A stretch of 64,000 bases of DNA. Source: Escherichia coli. Its GTDB lineage: Bacteria; Pseudomonadota; Gammaproteobacteria; Enterobacterales; Enterobacteriaceae. The position numbers and the translations under genes were made by a program. Shown here piece by piece: positions 33,811 to 46,111 of the stretch (within the stretch, counting starts at the first letter, position 1; every line of letters starts with the position of its first letter). The stretch lies in NCBI RefSeq assembly GCF_050920415.1, contig NZ_CP169309.1; one strand, given 5' to 3'. The notes below the pieces were generated by a model. It had not been told where the DNA came from, searched no databases, and was given only the letters and a program-made list of their open reading frames with translations.

Positions 33811-34914
33811 ATGAATATAAAGGGTAAAGCGTTACTGGCAGGATGTATCGCGCTGGCATTCAGCAATATGGCTCTGGCAGAAGATATTAAAGTCGCGGTC
33901 GTGGGCGCAATGTCAGGTCCGGTGGCCCAGTACGGTGACCAGGAGTTTACTGGCGCAGAGCAGGCGGTTGCGGATATCAATGCTAAAGGTGGTATCAAAG
34001 GCAATAAACTGCAAATCGTAAAATATGACGATGCCTGTGACCCGAAACAGGCGGTCGCGGTGGCGAACAAAGTCGTTAACGACGGCATTAAATATGTGAT
34101 TGGTCACCTCTGCTCTTCATCAACGCAGCCAGCGTCTGACATCTACGAAGACGAAGGCATTTTAATGATCACCCCAGCAGCAACCGCACCAGAGCTGACC
34201 GCCCGTGGCTATCAGCTGATCCTGCGCACCACCGGCCTGGACTCCGACCAGGGACCGACGGCGGCGAAATATATTCTTGAGAAAGTGAAACCGCAACGCA
34301 TTGCTATCGTTCACGACAAACAGCAGTACGGCGAAGGTCTGGCGCGTGCAGTGCAGGACGGCCTGAAGAAAGGCAATGCTAACGTGGTGTTCTTTGACGG
34401 CATCACCGCCGGGGAAAAAGATTTCTCAACGCTGGTGGCGCGTCTGAAAAAAGAGAATATCGACTTCGTTTACTACGGCGGTTATCACCCGGAAATGGGG
34501 CAGATCCTGCGTCAGGCACGCGCGGCAGGGCTGAAAACTCAGTTTATGGGGCCAGAAGGCGTGGCTAACGTCTCGCTGTCTAACATTGCGGGCGAGTCAG
34601 CTGAAGGGTTGCTGGTAACCAAGCCGAAGAACTACGATCAGGTTCCGGCGAACAAACCAATTGTTGACGCGATCAAAGCGAAAAAACAGGACCCAAGCGG
34701 CGCGTTCGTCTGGACCACCTACGCCGCGCTGCAATCTTTGCAGGCGGGCCTGAATCAGTCTGACGATCCGGCTGAAATCGCCAAATACCTGAAAGCGAAC
34801 TCCGTGGATACCGTGATGGGGCCGCTGACCTGGGATGAGAAAGGCGATCTGAAAGGCTTTGAGTTCGGCGTATTTGACTGGCACGCCAACGGCACGGCGA
34901 CCGATGCGAAGTAA
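33811..34914 (+). CDS. livJ: Periplasmic Leu/Ile/Val-binding protein LivJ (367 aa; in-frame ATG at 33796 also possible)
   Basis: Signal peptide [23 protein letters not shown] then [20 protein letters not shown]. Confidence 0.9.
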   Translation: MNIKGKALLAGCIALAFSNMALAEDIKVAVVGAMSGPVAQYGDQEFTGAEQAVADINAKGGIKGNKLQIVKYDDACDPKQAVAVANKVVNDGIKYVIGHLCSSSTQPASDIYEDEGILMITPAATAPELTARGYQLILRTTGLDSDQGPTAAKYILEKVKPQRIAIVHDKQQYGEGLARAVQDGLKKGNANVVFFDGITAGEKDFSTLVARLKKENIDFVYYGGYHPEMGQILRQARAAGLKTQFMGPEGVANVSLSNIAGESAEGLLVTKPKNYDQVPANKPIVDAIKAKKQDPSGAFVWTTYAALQSLQAGLNQSDDPAEIAKYLKANSVDTVMGPLTWDEKGDLKGFEFGVFDWHANGTATDAK

Positions 34915-34974
34915 TCATTAATCGGCAACTTTGGGTTGCCGCCAAATTGCTAATATCGAGTACGCATGCTTCAT

Positions 34975-35073
<99 letters not shown>

Positions 35074-35114
35074 AATTTCTCGTTGGTCATCACTTTTGAA
35101 ATCAAACTTGACGA

Positions 35115-35498
35115 TTAACGCTTCTCCCAGCCGCCCTGTTGTGCCGTAAACCCCAGCGCCTGCATAAACGCCGTCATCACGCCGCGATCTTCCACGCCTG
35201 CATCCGCCATCCACCAGCCTGAAACGCCAGGATTGTTACGCAAAACCTCTTCCAGCAGATATTGCCCCACACCGCGACGTCGGGTGACTTCCCGCACGCG
35301 CAGGGAATCCAGTGCCCCCTCGGTGCCGTTTAAGGTTACCCGCACGGCCGCGAGCAGGCGCTCGTTAAAACGCGCGGCGTAGATGCGGTGGTTATCGTCA
35401 ACCTGTAAAGAGGAAGGGGAGTACTCCGGCCAGATCTTTTGCAGATCAATCCGGTCCTGGTCGCTAAAGTGTTCTAAACGAATGATGGTCAGCTTCAT
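35115..35498 (-). CDS. panM: GNAT-family PanD maturation factor PanM (YhhK)
   Basis: 127-aa ORF, synteny between livJ and livK; acetyltransferase-like sequence. Confidence 0.8.
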   Translation of the reverse strand: MKLTIIRLEHFSDQDRIDLQKIWPEYSPSSLQVDDNHRIYAARFNERLLAAVRVTLNGTEGALDSLRVREVTRRRGVGQYLLEEVLRNNPGVSGWWMADAGVEDRGVMTAFMQALGFTAQQGGWEKR

Positions 35499-35921
35499 GG
35501 GAAACCCGTGTAAATCACAAAAGTGGAACCAGTGTAGCGAAATAATTTAATCGGAGGCTTTCTCTTTTTTATTTCTTTTGGCAGGTGATTAATTTTTTAA
35601 CAGCAATAATTACAAATTAAAAACATTAGAGAATGAAAAATGTCCAGCATAATCCCCTGAATGGTAGTGAATTATTCCGCCCTTTGTACCGTTATTTTAT
35701 GCTGACAACGGCGCTTTTTTCTGTTTATCTATCAATAAATTCAGAATATTATCTGTTCTTAATCGACTGAAAAATAGGGATTTTAATCGCTATTATCACA
35801 AAACACTGCGCTAAACCCTTAATCAGACAGGCAAAAACAGTGCAGTATAAAAAAAGTACAGTCTGATTTGTTAACACATAAAAACAAAGCAACACAACAT
35901 CACGAATGGGGATTTTTGACT

Positions 35922-37031
35922 ATGAAACGGAATGCGAAAACTATCATCGCAGGGATGATTGCACTGACAATTTCACACACCGCTATGGCCGACGATATTA
36001 AAGTTGCCGTTGTCGGCGCGATGTCCGGTCCGATTGCCCAGTGGGGCGATATGGAATTTAACGGCGCGCGTCAGGCGATTAAAGACATTAATGCCAAAGG
36101 GGGAATTAAAGGCGATAAGCTGGTGGGCGTGGAATATGACGACGCCTGCGACCCGAAACAAGCCGTTGCGGTCGCCAACAAAATCGTTAACGACGGCATT
36201 AAATACGTTATTGGTCATCTGTGTTCCTCCTCTACTCAGCCTGCTTCAGATATCTACGAAGACGAAGGTATTTTGATGATCTCGCCGGGGGCGACCAACC
36301 CGGAGCTGACCCAACGCGGTTATCAACACATCATGCGGACTGCCGGGCTGGACTCTTCCCAGGGGCCAACAGCGGCAAAATACATTCTTGAGACGGTGAA
36401 GCCCCAGCGCATCGCCATCATTCACGACAAACAACAGTATGGCGAAGGGCTGGCGCGTTCGGTGCAGGACGGATTGAAAGCAGCCAATGCCAACGTCGTC
36501 TTCTTCGACGGTATTACCGCTGGTGAGAAAGATTTCTCCGCGCTGATCGCCCGCCTGAAAAAAGAAAACATCGACTTCGTTTACTACGGCGGTTACTACC
36601 CGGAAATGGGGCAGATGCTGCGCCAGGCCCGTTCCGTTGGCCTGAAAACTCAGTTTATGGGGCCGGAAGGGGTGGGTAATGCGTCGCTGTCGAACATTGC
36701 CGGTGATGCCGCCGAAGGTATGTTGGTCACTATGCCAAAACGCTATGACCAGGACCCGGCAAACAAAGGCATCGTTGATGCGCTGAAAGCAGACAAAAAA
36801 GATCCGTCCGGACCTTATGTCTGGATCACCTACGCGGCGGTGCAATCTCTGGCGACTGCCCTTGAGCGTACCGGCAGCGATGAGCCGCTGGCGCTGGTGA
36901 AAGATTTAAAAGCTAACGGTGCAAACACCGTGATTGGGCCGCTGAACTGGGATGAAAAAGGCGATCTTAAGGGATTTGATTTTGGTGTCTTCCAGTGGCA
37001 CGCCGACGGTTCATCGACGGCAGCCAAGTGA
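35922..37031 (+). CDS. livK: Periplasmic leucine-specific binding protein LivK (369 aa)
   Basis: Signal peptide [23 protein letters not shown]; ~80% identical to LivJ by eye. Confidence 0.9.
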   Translation: MKRNAKTIIAGMIALTISHTAMADDIKVAVVGAMSGPIAQWGDMEFNGARQAIKDINAKGGIKGDKLVGVEYDDACDPKQAVAVANKIVNDGIKYVIGHLCSSSTQPASDIYEDEGILMISPGATNPELTQRGYQHIMRTAGLDSSQGPTAAKYILETVKPQRIAIIHDKQQYGEGLARSVQDGLKAANANVVFFDGITAGEKDFSALIARLKKENIDFVYYGGYYPEMGQMLRQARSVGLKTQFMGPEGVGNASLSNIAGDAAEGMLVTMPKRYDQDPANKGIVDALKADKKDPSGPYVWITYAAVQSLATALERTGSDEPLALVKDLKANGANTVIGPLNWDEKGDLKGFDFGVFQWHADGSSTAAK

Positions 37032-37039
37032 TCATCCCA

Positions 37040-37064
37040 CCGCCCGTGAAATGCGGGCGGTTTT
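37040..37064 (+). terminator. Intercistronic hairpin/attenuator between livK and livH
   Basis: CCGCCCG-TGAAATG-CGGGCGG followed by TTTT, 9 nt after the livK stop. Confidence 0.6.
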
Positions 37065-37078
37065 AGAAAGGTTACCTT

Positions 37079-38005
37079 ATGTCTGAGCAGTTTTTGTATT
37101 TCTTGCAGCAGATGTTTAACGGCGTCACGCTGGGCAGTACCTACGCGCTGATAGCCATCGGCTACACCATGGTTTACGGCATTATCGGCATGATCAACTT
37201 CGCCCATGGCGAGGTTTATATGATCGGCAGCTACGTCTCTTTTATGATCATCGCCGCACTGATGATGCTGGGCATTGATACCGGCTGGCTGCTGGTGGCG
37301 GCGGGATTCGTCGGCGCAATCGTCATTGCCAGCGCCTATGGCTGGAGTATCGAACGTGTGGCTTACCGCCCGGTGCGTAACTCTAAGCGCCTGATTGCGC
37401 TCATCTCGGCAATCGGCATGTCTATCTTCCTGCAAAACTACGTCAGCCTGACTGAAGGTTCGCGCGACGTGGCGCTACCCAGCCTGTTTAACGGTCAGTG
37501 GGTTGTGGGCCATAGTGAAAACTTCTCTGCCTCTATTACCACCATGCAGGCGGTGATCTGGATTGTTACCTTCCTCGCCATGTTGGCGCTGACAATTTTC
37601 ATCCGCTATTCCCGCATGGGGCGCGCCTGTCGTGCTTGCGCGGAAGACCTGAAAATGGCGAGCCTGCTTGGCATCAACACTGACCGGGTGATTGCGCTGA
37701 CCTTTGTGATTGGCGCGGCGATGGCGGCGGTGGCAGGTGTGCTGCTCGGTCAGTTCTATGGCGTAATTAACCCCTACATCGGCTTTATGGCCGGGATGAA
37801 AGCCTTTACTGCTGCGGTACTCGGTGGGATTGGCAGTATTCCGGGAGCGATGATTGGCGGCCTGATCCTGGGGATTGCGGAAGCGCTCTCTTCTGCCTAT
37901 CTGAGTACGGAATATAAGGATGTGGTTTCATTTGCCCTGCTGATTCTGGTGCTGCTGGTGATGCCGACCGGTATTCTGGGTCGCCCGGAGGTAGAGAAAG
38001 TATGA
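37079..38005 (+). CDS. livH: Branched-chain amino acid ABC transporter permease LivH
   Basis: 308-aa hydrophobic ORF, operon position. Confidence 0.95.
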   Translation: MSEQFLYFLQQMFNGVTLGSTYALIAIGYTMVYGIIGMINFAHGEVYMIGSYVSFMIIAALMMLGIDTGWLLVAAGFVGAIVIASAYGWSIERVAYRPVRNSKRLIALISAIGMSIFLQNYVSLTEGSRDVALPSLFNGQWVVGHSENFSASITTMQAVIWIVTFLAMLALTIFIRYSRMGRACRACAEDLKMASLLGINTDRVIALTFVIGAAMAAVAGVLLGQFYGVINPYIGFMAGMKAFTAAVLGGIGSIPGAMIGGLILGIAEALSSAYLSTEYKDVVSFALLILVLLVMPTGILGRPEVEKV

Positions 38006-39279
38006 AACCGATGCATATTGCAATGGCGCTGCTCTCTGCCGCCATGTTCTTTGTTCTCGCGGGCGTCTTTATGGGAGTGCAACTGGAGCTGGACGGCACC
38101 AAACTGGTGGTCGATACGGCTTCAGACATCCGATGGCAGTGGGTGTTTATTGGCACTGCGGTGGTCTTTTTCTTCCAGCTTGTGCGACCTGCGTTTCAGA
38201 AAGGGCTAAAAAGCGTTTCCGGGCCGAAGTTTATTCTGCCCGCGATTGATGGCTCCACGGTGAAGCAGAAACTGTTCCTCGTGGCCCTGCTGGTGCTTGC
38301 GGTGGCGTGGCCGTTTATGGTGTCGCGTGGGACGGTGGATATCGCCACCCTGACCATGATCTACATTATCCTCGGCCTCGGGCTGAACGTGGTGGTGGGG
38401 CTGTCTGGCTTACTGGTACTGGGTTACGGTGGTTTTTACGCCATCGGCGCTTACACCTTTGCCTTGCTCAATCACTATTACGGTCTTGGCTTCTGGACCT
38501 GTTTGCCGATTGCCGGGTTGATGGCGGCGGCGGCGGGATTCCTGCTCGGCTTCCCGGTGTTGCGTTTACGTGGCGACTATCTGGCGATCGTTACTCTCGG
38601 TTTCGGCGAAATTGTGCGCATATTGCTGCTCAATAACACGGAAATCACCGGCGGTCCGAACGGAATCAGTCAGATCCCGAAACCGACTCTCTTCGGACTC
38701 GAGTTCAGTCGCACCGCCCGCGAAGGCGGCTGGGATACGTTCAGCAATTTCTTTGGCCTGAAATACGACCCGTCCGATCGCGTCATCTTCCTCTACCTGG
38801 TGGCGTTACTGTTGGTGGTGTTAAGCCTGTTTGTCATTAACCGCTTACTGCGAATGCCGCTGGGCCGCGCGTGGGAAGCGTTGCGTGAAGATGAAATCGC
38901 CTGTCGTTCGCTGGGCTTAAGTCCGCGTCGTATCAAGCTGACCGCCTTTACCATCAGCGCCGCGTTTGCGGGTTTTGCCGGAACGCTGTTCGCGGCACGT
39001 CAGGGATTTGTCAGCCCGGAATCCTTCACCTTTGCCGAATCGGCGTTTGTGCTGGCGATAGTGGTGCTCGGTGGTATGGGCTCGCAATTTGCGGTGATTC
39101 TGGCTGCAATTTTGCTGGTGGTGTCGCGAGAGTTGATGCGTGATTTCAACGAATACAGCATGTTAATGCTCGGTGGTTTGATGGTGCTGATGATGATCTG
39201 GCGTCCGCAGGGCTTGCTGCCCATGACGCGCCCGCAACTCAAGCTGAAAAACGGCGCAGCGAAAGGAGAGCAGGCATGA
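38002..39279 (+). CDS. livM: Branched-chain amino acid ABC transporter permease LivM
   Basis: 425-aa hydrophobic ORF, ATGA overlap with livH. Confidence 0.95.
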   Translation: MKPMHIAMALLSAAMFFVLAGVFMGVQLELDGTKLVVDTASDIRWQWVFIGTAVVFFFQLVRPAFQKGLKSVSGPKFILPAIDGSTVKQKLFLVALLVLAVAWPFMVSRGTVDIATLTMIYIILGLGLNVVVGLSGLLVLGYGGFYAIGAYTFALLNHYYGLGFWTCLPIAGLMAAAAGFLLGFPVLRLRGDYLAIVTLGFGEIVRILLLNNTEITGGPNGISQIPKPTLFGLEFSRTAREGGWDTFSNFFGLKYDPSDRVIFLYLVALLLVVLSLFVINRLLRMPLGRAWEALREDEIACRSLGLSPRRIKLTAFTISAAFAGFAGTLFAARQGFVSPESFTFAESAFVLAIVVLGGMGSQFAVILAAILLVVSRELMRDFNEYSMLMLGGLMVLMMIWRPQGLLPMTRPQLKLKNGAAKGEQA

Positions 39280-40043
39280 GTCAGCCATTATTATCTGTTA
39301 ACGGCCTGATGATGCGCTTCGGCGGCCTGCTGGCGGTGAATAACGTCAATCTTGAACTGTACCCGCAGGAGATCGTCTCGTTAATCGGCCCTAACGGTGC
39401 CGGAAAAACCACGGTTTTTAACTGCCTGACCGGTTTCTACAAACCCACCGGCGGCACTATTTTACTGCGCGATCAGCATCTGGAAGGTTTGCCCGGCCAG
39501 CAAATCGCCCGCATGGGCGTGGTGCGCACCTTCCAGCATGTGCGTCTGTTCCGTGAAATGACGGTGATTGAAAACTTGCTGGTGGCGCAGCATCAGCAAC
39601 TGAAAACCGGGCTGTTCTCCGGCCTGTTGAAAACGCCTTCTTTCCGCCGCGCCCAGAGCGAAGCCCTCGACCGTGCCGCAACCTGGCTTGAGCGCATTGG
39701 TTTGCTCGAACACGCTAACCGTCAGGCGAGTAACCTGGCCTACGGTGACCAGCGCCGTCTGGAGATCGCCCGCTGCATGGTAACGCAGCCGGAGATTTTA
39801 ATGCTCGACGAACCAGCGGCAGGTCTTAACCCGAAAGAAACCAAAGAGCTGGATGAGCTGATTGCCGAACTGCGTAACCATCACAACACCACTATTTTGT
39901 TGATTGAACACGATATGAAACTGGTGATGGGGATTTCAGACAGAATTTACGTGGTCAATCAGGGGACGCCACTGGCAAACGGTACGCCTGAGCAAATCCG
40001 TAATAACCCGGACGTGATCCGTGCCTATTTAGGTGAGGCATAA
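39276..40043 (+). CDS. livG: Branched-chain amino acid ABC transporter ATP-binding protein LivG
   Basis: 255-aa ORF with Walker [10 protein letters not shown]. Confidence 0.95.
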   Translation: MSQPLLSVNGLMMRFGGLLAVNNVNLELYPQEIVSLIGPNGAGKTTVFNCLTGFYKPTGGTILLRDQHLEGLPGQQIARMGVVRTFQHVRLFREMTVIENLLVAQHQQLKTGLFSGLLKTPSFRRAQSEALDRAATWLERIGLLEHANRQASNLAYGDQRRLEIARCMVTQPEILMLDEPAAGLNPKETKELDELIAELRNHHNTTILLIEHDMKLVMGISDRIYVVNQGTPLANGTPEQIRNNPDVIRAYLGEA

Positions 40044-40044
40044 G

Positions 40045-40758
40045 ATGGAAAAAGTCATGTTGTCCTTTGACAAAGTCAGTGCCCACTACGGCAAAATCCA
40101 GGCGCTGCATGAGGTGAGCCTGCATATCAATCAGGGCGAAATTGTCACGCTGATTGGCGCGAACGGGGCGGGGAAAACCACCTTGCTCGGCACGTTATGT
40201 GGCGACCCGCGCGCCACCAGCGGGCGAATTGTGTTTGATGATAAAGACATTACCGACTGGCAGACGGCGAAAATCATGCGCGAAGCGGTGGCGATTGTCC
40301 CGGAAGGACGTCGCGTCTTCTCACGCATGACGGTGGAAGAGAATCTGGCGATGGGCGGCTTTTTTGCTGAACGCGACCAGTTCCAGGAGCGCATAAAGTG
40401 GGTCTATGAACTGTTTCCACGTCTGCATGAGCGCCGTGTTCAGCGGGCGGGCACCATGTCCGGCGGTGAGCAGCAGATGCTGGCGATTGGTCGCGCGCTG
40501 ATGAGCAACCCGCGTTTATTGTTGCTTGATGAGCCATCGCTCGGTCTTGCGCCGATTATCATCCAGCAAATTTTCGACACCATCGAGCAACTGCGCGAGC
40601 AGGGGATGACTATCTTCCTCGTCGAGCAGAACGCCAACCAGGCGCTAAAGCTGGCAGATCGCGGCTATGTGCTGGAAAACGGTCATGTCGTGCTTTCCGA
40701 TACCGGCGACGCGCTACTGGCGAATGAAGCGGTGAGAAGTGCGTATTTAGGCGGGTAA
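40045..40758 (+). CDS. livF: Branched-chain amino acid ABC transporter ATP-binding protein LivF (237 aa)
   Basis: ATG directly after livG stop; Walker A GANGAGKTT, signature MSGGEQQM. Confidence 0.9.
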   Translation: MEKVMLSFDKVSAHYGKIQALHEVSLHINQGEIVTLIGANGAGKTTLLGTLCGDPRATSGRIVFDDKDITDWQTAKIMREAVAIVPEGRRVFSRMTVEENLAMGGFFAERDQFQERIKWVYELFPRLHERRVQRAGTMSGGEQQMLAIGRALMSNPRLLLLDEPSLGLAPIIIQQIFDTIEQLREQGMTIFLVEQNANQALKLADRGYVLENGHVVLSDTGDALLANEAVRSAYLGG

Positions 40759-40819
40759 TAACACGTTGATTGATAAGGAGTCAAAAGACTCCTTTGAGAC
40801 AGGTTACAAATGTAAAATT

Positions 40820-40918
<99 letters not shown>

Positions 40919-41018
40919 ATGAAACGATGAGCAATCTGTAGAGTTTGATTCAGACCTTCTATTTTTCCCGCTTATCCGTGCCCCATCTCCCAATTTCCCT
41001 CACCTACGCCGTCACTGC

Positions 41019-41094
41019 CTTGTCATCTTTCTGACACCTTACTATCTTACAAATGTAACAAAAAAGTTATTTTTCTGTAATTCGAGCATGTCAT
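41019..41094 (+). promoter_or_regulatory. ugpB promoter region with putative PhoB boxes
   Basis: CTTGTCATCTTTCTGACAC (41019-41037) and CTGTAATTCGAGCATGTCAT (41075-41094) resemble the CTGTCAT-type pho box direct repeat. Confidence 0.5.
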
Positions 41095-41155
41095 GTTACC
41101 CCGCGAGCATAAAACGCGTGAATTCGCGCATTCGGTACAACAAGAGAGATAAACG

Positions 41156-42472
41156 ATGAAACCGTTACATTATACAGCTTCAGCACTGGCGCTCGGACTG
41201 GCGTTAATGGGGAATGCACAGGCAGTGACGACCATTCCGTTCTGGCATTCTATGGAAGGGGAACTGGGTAAAGAGGTGGATTCTCTGGCCCAACGTTTTA
41301 ACGCCGAAAACCCGGATTACAAAATTGTACCGACCTATAAAGGCAACTACGAACAGAATTTAAGTGCGGGGATTGCCGCATTTCGTACCGGCAACGCGCC
41401 TGCTATTTTGCAGGTTTATGAAGTTGGCACCGCCACCATGATGGCGTCGAAAGCCATTAAACCGGTGTATGACGTGTTTAAAGAGGCGGGGATTCAATTC
41501 GATGAGTCGCAGTTTGTGCCGACGGTTTCAGGTTACTACTCCGACAGCAAAACCGGTCACTTACTCTCCCAGCCGTTCAACAGCTCGACTCCCGTTCTCT
41601 ATTACAACAAAGACGCCTTCAAGAAAGCGGGGTTAGACCCGGAACAGCCGCCGAAAACCTGGCAGGATCTGGCAGACTATGCCGCGAAACTGAAAGCCTC
41701 TGGTATGAAGTGCGGCTACGCCAGCGGCTGGCAGGGCTGGATCCAACTGGAAAACTTTAGCGCCTGGAACGGTCTGCCGTTTGCCAGCAAAAACAACGGC
41801 TTTGACGGCACGGACGCGGTGCTTGAGTTCAACAAGCCGGAGCAGGTGAAACACATCGCCATGCTCGAAGAGATGAACAAGAAGGGCGATTTCAGTTACG
41901 TAGGGCGTAAGGATGAATCTACCGAGAAGTTCTATAACGGTGATTGCGCGATGACGACCGCCTCTTCGGGTTCTCTTGCCAACATTCGCGAGTACGCCAA
42001 ATTCAACTACGGCGTAGGCATGATGCCATACGACGCCGACGCGAAAGATGCGCCACAAAACGCCATTATCGGCGGAGCCAGCCTGTGGGTGATGCAGGGC
42101 AAAGATAAAGAAACTTACACCGGCGTGGCGAAGTTCCTCGACTTCCTCGCGAAGCCAGAAAACGCTGCCGAGTGGCATCAGAAAACCGGTTATCTGCCAA
42201 TCACCAAAGCGGCGTATGACCTGACCCGTGAGCAGGGCTTTTACGAGAAAAACCCAGGGGCGGATACCGCGACGCGTCAGATGCTGAACAAGCCGCCGTT
42301 GCCGTTCACCAAAGGGCTGCGTCTGGGCAATATGCCGCAGATCCGCGTGATTGTGGATGAAGAGCTGGAAAGCGTGTGGACCGGTAAGAAGACGCCACAG
42401 CAGGCGCTGGATACCGCTGTTGAGCGTGGGAACCAGTTACTGCGCCGCTTTGAGAAATCTACGAAGTCTTAA
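41156..42472 (+). CDS. ugpB: Periplasmic sn-glycerol-3-phosphate binding protein UgpB
   Basis: 438-aa ORF with signal peptide [23 protein letters not shown]. Confidence 0.95.
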   Translation: MKPLHYTASALALGLALMGNAQAVTTIPFWHSMEGELGKEVDSLAQRFNAENPDYKIVPTYKGNYEQNLSAGIAAFRTGNAPAILQVYEVGTATMMASKAIKPVYDVFKEAGIQFDESQFVPTVSGYYSDSKTGHLLSQPFNSSTPVLYYNKDAFKKAGLDPEQPPKTWQDLADYAAKLKASGMKCGYASGWQGWIQLENFSAWNGLPFASKNNGFDGTDAVLEFNKPEQVKHIAMLEEMNKKGDFSYVGRKDESTEKFYNGDCAMTTASSGSLANIREYAKFNYGVGMMPYDADAKDAPQNAIIGGASLWVMQGKDKETYTGVAKFLDFLAKPENAAEWHQKTGYLPITKAAYDLTREQGFYEKNPGADTATRQMLNKPPLPFTKGLRLGNMPQIRVIVDEELESVWTGKKTPQQALDTAVERGNQLLRRFEKSTKS

Positions 42473-42482
42473 CCAGTGAAAT

Positions 42483-42550
42483 GTCGGATGCGTTTCGCTT
42501 ATCTGACCTGGCATCGCGTGTAGGCCGGATAAGCGAAGCGCATCCGGCAC
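42483..42550. repeat. REP pair (BIME) between ugpB and ugpA
   Basis: GTCGGATGCGTTTCGCTTATCTGACC and GTAGGCCGGATAAGCGAAGCGCATCCGGCAC. Confidence 0.7.
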
Positions 42551-42569
42551 AGTTCAGGAATTAACCGTA

Positions 42570-43457
42570 ATGTCATCATCCCGTCCGGTGTTCCGCTCGC
42601 GCTGGCTGCCTTATTTGCTGGTCGCGCCGCAGCTTATCATCACCGTTATCTTTTTTATCTGGCCTGCGGGCGAAGCGTTGTGGTACTCGCTACAAAGCGT
42701 CGATCCGTTTGGCTTTTCCAGCCAGTTTGTCGGCCTGGATAACTTCGTCACGCTGTTTCATGACAGCTACTATCTCGACTCCTTCTGGACGACGATAAAA
42801 TTCAGCACCTTTGTCACGGTCAGCGGTTTGCTGGTGTCGCTGTTCTTCGCGGCGCTGGTGGAGTATATCGTGCGCGGCAGCCGTTTCTATCAAACCTTAA
42901 TGCTGCTGCCGTATGCCGTGGCTCCCGCCGTTGCCGCCGTATTGTGGATCTTCCTGTTTAACCCTGGTCGCGGGCTGATCACTCATTTTCTCGCTGAGTT
43001 CGGCTACGACTGGAACCATGCGCAAAACAGCGGTCAGGCAATGTTCCTGGTGGTGTTTGCCTCAGTATGGAAGCAAATCAGCTACAACTTTCTGTTCTTC
43101 TATGCCGCGCTGCAATCCATTCCCCGTTCGTTGATTGAAGCCGCAGCCATCGACGGTGCAGGCCCGATTCGCCGCTTCTTTAAGATTGCGCTGCCGCTTA
43201 TCGCCCCGGTGAGCTTCTTCCTGCTGGTGGTGAACCTGGTGTACGCCTTCTTCGATACCTTCCCGGTGATCGACGCCGCCACGTCCGGCGGGCCAGTACA
43301 GGCCACCACGACGCTGATTTATAAGATCTACCGCGAAGGCTTTACCGGACTGGATTTGGCTTCATCTGCCGCGCAGTCGGTGGTGTTGATGTTCCTCGTC
43401 ATCGTGCTGACGGTGGTGCAGTTCCGCTATGTTGAAAGCAAGGTGCGTTACCAATGA
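42570..43457 (+). CDS. ugpA: sn-glycerol-3-phosphate ABC transporter permease UgpA
   Basis: 295-aa hydrophobic ORF, operon position. Confidence 0.95.
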
Positions 43458-44299
43458 TTGAGAACCGTCCGTGGCTGACAATATTCAGCCATACCATGCT
43501 GATCCTCGGGATCGCGGTGATCCTCTTCCCGCTGTACGTGGCGTTTGTCGCGGCGACGCTGGATAAACAGGCCGTCTACGCCGCGCCGATGACGCTCATC
43601 CCCGGCACGCATCTGCTGGAAAATATCCACAACATCTGGGTGAACGGGGTAGGCACAAATAGCGCGCCGTTCTGGCGGATGTTGCTTAACAGCTTCGTGA
43701 TGGCGTTCAGCATTACGCTCGGCAAAATTACCGTCTCGATGCTCTCGGCATTTGCCATTGTCTGGTTTCGTTTTCCGCTGCGTAACCTCTTCTTCTGGAT
43801 GATTTTTATCACCCTTATGCTGCCGGTTGAAGTGCGTATCTTCCCGACAGTAGAAGTCATCGCCAACCTGAAAATGCTTGACAGCTACGCTGGTTTAACG
43901 CTGCCGCTGATGGCCTCTGCGACCGCTACTTTCTTGTTCCGCCAGTTCTTTATGACGCTGCCGGATGAGCTGGTGGAAGCGGCGCGGATCGACGGTGCAT
44001 CACCAATGCGTTTCTTTTGCGACATCGTTTTTCCGCTGTCGAAAACCAATCTGGCGGCGCTGTTTGTGATCACTTTTATTTACGGCTGGAACCAGTATTT
44101 GTGGCCGTTGTTGATTATTACCGATGTTGATCTCGGCACCACCGTGGCAGGAATCAAAGGGATGATCGCTACAGGCGAAGGCACCACGGAATGGAATTCG
44201 GTGATGGCGGCGATGTTGTTAACGCTTATCCCTCCGGTGGTGATTGTTTTAGTGATGCAGCGTGCCTTCGTGCGCGGCCTGGTCGATAGTGAGAAATAA
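43454..44299 (+). CDS. ugpE: sn-glycerol-3-phosphate ABC transporter permease UgpE
   Basis: 281-aa hydrophobic ORF, ATGA overlap with ugpA. Confidence 0.95.
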
Positions 44300-44300
44300 G

Positions 44301-45371
44301 ATGGCAGGACTGAAATTACAGGCAGTAACCAAAAGCTGGGATGGCAAAACCCAGGTCATTAAACCGCTGACCCTTGATGTGGCGGATGGCGAATTTATCG
44401 TGATGGTCGGGCCGTCTGGCTGCGGGAAATCCACGCTGCTGCGCATGGTTGCCGGGCTGGAGCGGGTCACCGAAGGCGATATCTGGATTAACGACCAACG
44501 CGTGACCGAAATGGAGCCGAAAGATCGCGGGATTGCGATGGTGTTCCAGAACTACGCGCTTTATCCGCATATGAGTGTCGAAGAAAACATGGCGTGGGGG
44601 CTGAAAATTCGCGGCATGGGCAAGCAACAAATTGCCGAGCGTGTTAAAGAAGCGGCGCGCATTCTGGAGCTGGACGACCTGCTCAAGCGCCGTCCGCGTG
44701 AGCTTTCTGGCGGTCAGCGTCAGCGTGTAGCGATGGGCCGCGCGATTGTGCGCGATCCGGCGGTGTTCCTGTTTGATGAGCCGCTCTCTAACCTCGATGC
44801 CAAGCTGCGCGTGCAGATGCGCCTTGAGCTGCAACAACTGCACCGTCGCCTGAAAACGACTTCACTCTACGTTACTCACGATCAGGTTGAGGCGATGACG
44901 CTCGCTCAGCGGGTTATGGTGATGAACGGCGGCGTTGCCGAACAGATTGGCACGCCAGTTGAAGTCTACGAAAAGCCCGCCACTCTGTTTGTGGCGAGTT
45001 TTATCGGCAGTCCGGCGATGAACCTGCTGACAGGCCGCGTGAATAACGAAGGCACGCATTTCGAACTGGATGGCGGTATCGCGCTACCGCTAAACGGTGG
45101 CTACCGTCAGTATGCCGGGCGTAAAATGACTCTTGGCATTCGCCCGGAACATATTGCGTTAAGCTCGCAGGCAGAAGGCGGCATACCGCTGGTGATGGAC
45201 ACGCTGGAGATCCTCGGCGCAGATAACCTGGCGCACGGACGCTGGGGCGAACAGAAGCTGGTGGTGCGACTGGCGCATCAGGAGCGCCCGACGACAGGCA
45301 GCACGCTGTGGCTGCATCTGCCGGAAAATCAGCTGCATCTTTTTGATGGTGAAACAGGACAACGAGTATGA
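44301..45371 (+). CDS. ugpC: sn-glycerol-3-phosphate ABC transporter ATP-binding protein UgpC (356 aa)
   Basis: [15 protein letters not shown]...; Walker [10 protein letters not shown], signature LSGGQRQR. Confidence 0.9.
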   Translation: MAGLKLQAVTKSWDGKTQVIKPLTLDVADGEFIVMVGPSGCGKSTLLRMVAGLERVTEGDIWINDQRVTEMEPKDRGIAMVFQNYALYPHMSVEENMAWGLKIRGMGKQQIAERVKEAARILELDDLLKRRPRELSGGQRQRVAMGRAIVRDPAVFLFDEPLSNLDAKLRVQMRLELQQLHRRLKTTSLYVTHDQVEAMTLAQRVMVMNGGVAEQIGTPVEVYEKPATLFVASFIGSPAMNLLTGRVNNEGTHFELDGGIALPLNGGYRQYAGRKMTLGIRPEHIALSSQAEGGIPLVMDTLEILGADNLAHGRWGEQKLVVRLAHQERPTTGSTLWLHLPENQLHLFDGETGQRV

Positions 45372-46111
45372 GTAACTGGCCTTATCCCCGCATCGTCGCC
45401 CACCGTGGCGGCGGTAAACTGGCCCCGGAAAACACCCTGGCGGCAATCGACGTTGGGGCAAAATACGGTCATAAGATGATCGAATTTGACGCGAAGTTAT
45501 CGAAAGATGGTGAGATCTTCCTGCTTCATGACGACAATCTCGAACGCACCAGCAACGGCTGGGGCGTCGCGGGCGATCTGAACTGGCAGGATTTACTGCG
45601 CGTGGATGCAGGCAGTTGGTACAGCAAAGCGTTTAAAGGTGAGCCGCTGCCGTTGCTTTCGCAGGTGGCGGAACGCTGCCGTGAACATGGGATGATGGCA
45701 AATATTGAAATCAAACCCACCACTGGCACTGGTCCATTAACGGGCAAAATGGTATCGCTGGCGGCGCGCGAACTGTGGGCTGGTATGACGCCGCCGCTGC
45801 TGTCATCGTTTGAGATTGATGCTTTAGAAGCCGCACACCAGGCTGCACCGGAACTGCCGCGCGGTTTGTTGCTGGATGAGTGGCGCGACGACTGGCGCGA
45901 ACTGACCACGCGGCTGGGCTGCGTCTCTATTCATCTCAATCATAAGTTGCTCGATAAAGCGCGAGTGATGCAGTTGAAAGACGCTGGATTACGGATTCTG
46001 GTTTATACCGTCAACAAACCCCAGCGTGCGGCAGAGTTGCTGCGCTGGGGCGTGGATTGCATCTGTACCGATGCGATTGATGTGATTGGCCCGAACTTTA
46101 CGGCCCAATAG
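45368..46111 (+). CDS. ugpQ: Glycerophosphodiester phosphodiesterase UgpQ
   Basis: 247-aa ORF; GDPD-family N-terminus ([19 protein letters not shown]). Confidence 0.95.
   Translation: MSNWPYPRIVAHRGGGKLAPENTLAAIDVGAKYGHKMIEFDAKLSKDGEIFLLHDDNLERTSNGWGVAGDLNWQDLLRVDAGSWYSKAFKGEPLPLLSQVAERCREHGMMANIEIKPTTGTGPLTGKMVSLAARELWAGMTPPLLSSFEIDALEAAHQAAPELPRGLLLDEWRDDWRELTTRLGCVSIHLNHKLLDKARVMQLKDAGLRILVYTVNKPQRAAELLRWGVDCICTDAIDVIGPNFTAQ

Noticed and set aside
35868-35921. In-frame upstream extension of livK from a TTG codon (and likewise the livJ ATG at 33796)
   Set aside because: The downstream ATGs give the canonical signal peptides (MKRNAKTII..., MNIKGKALL...); the upstream extensions would add non-signal-peptide residues.
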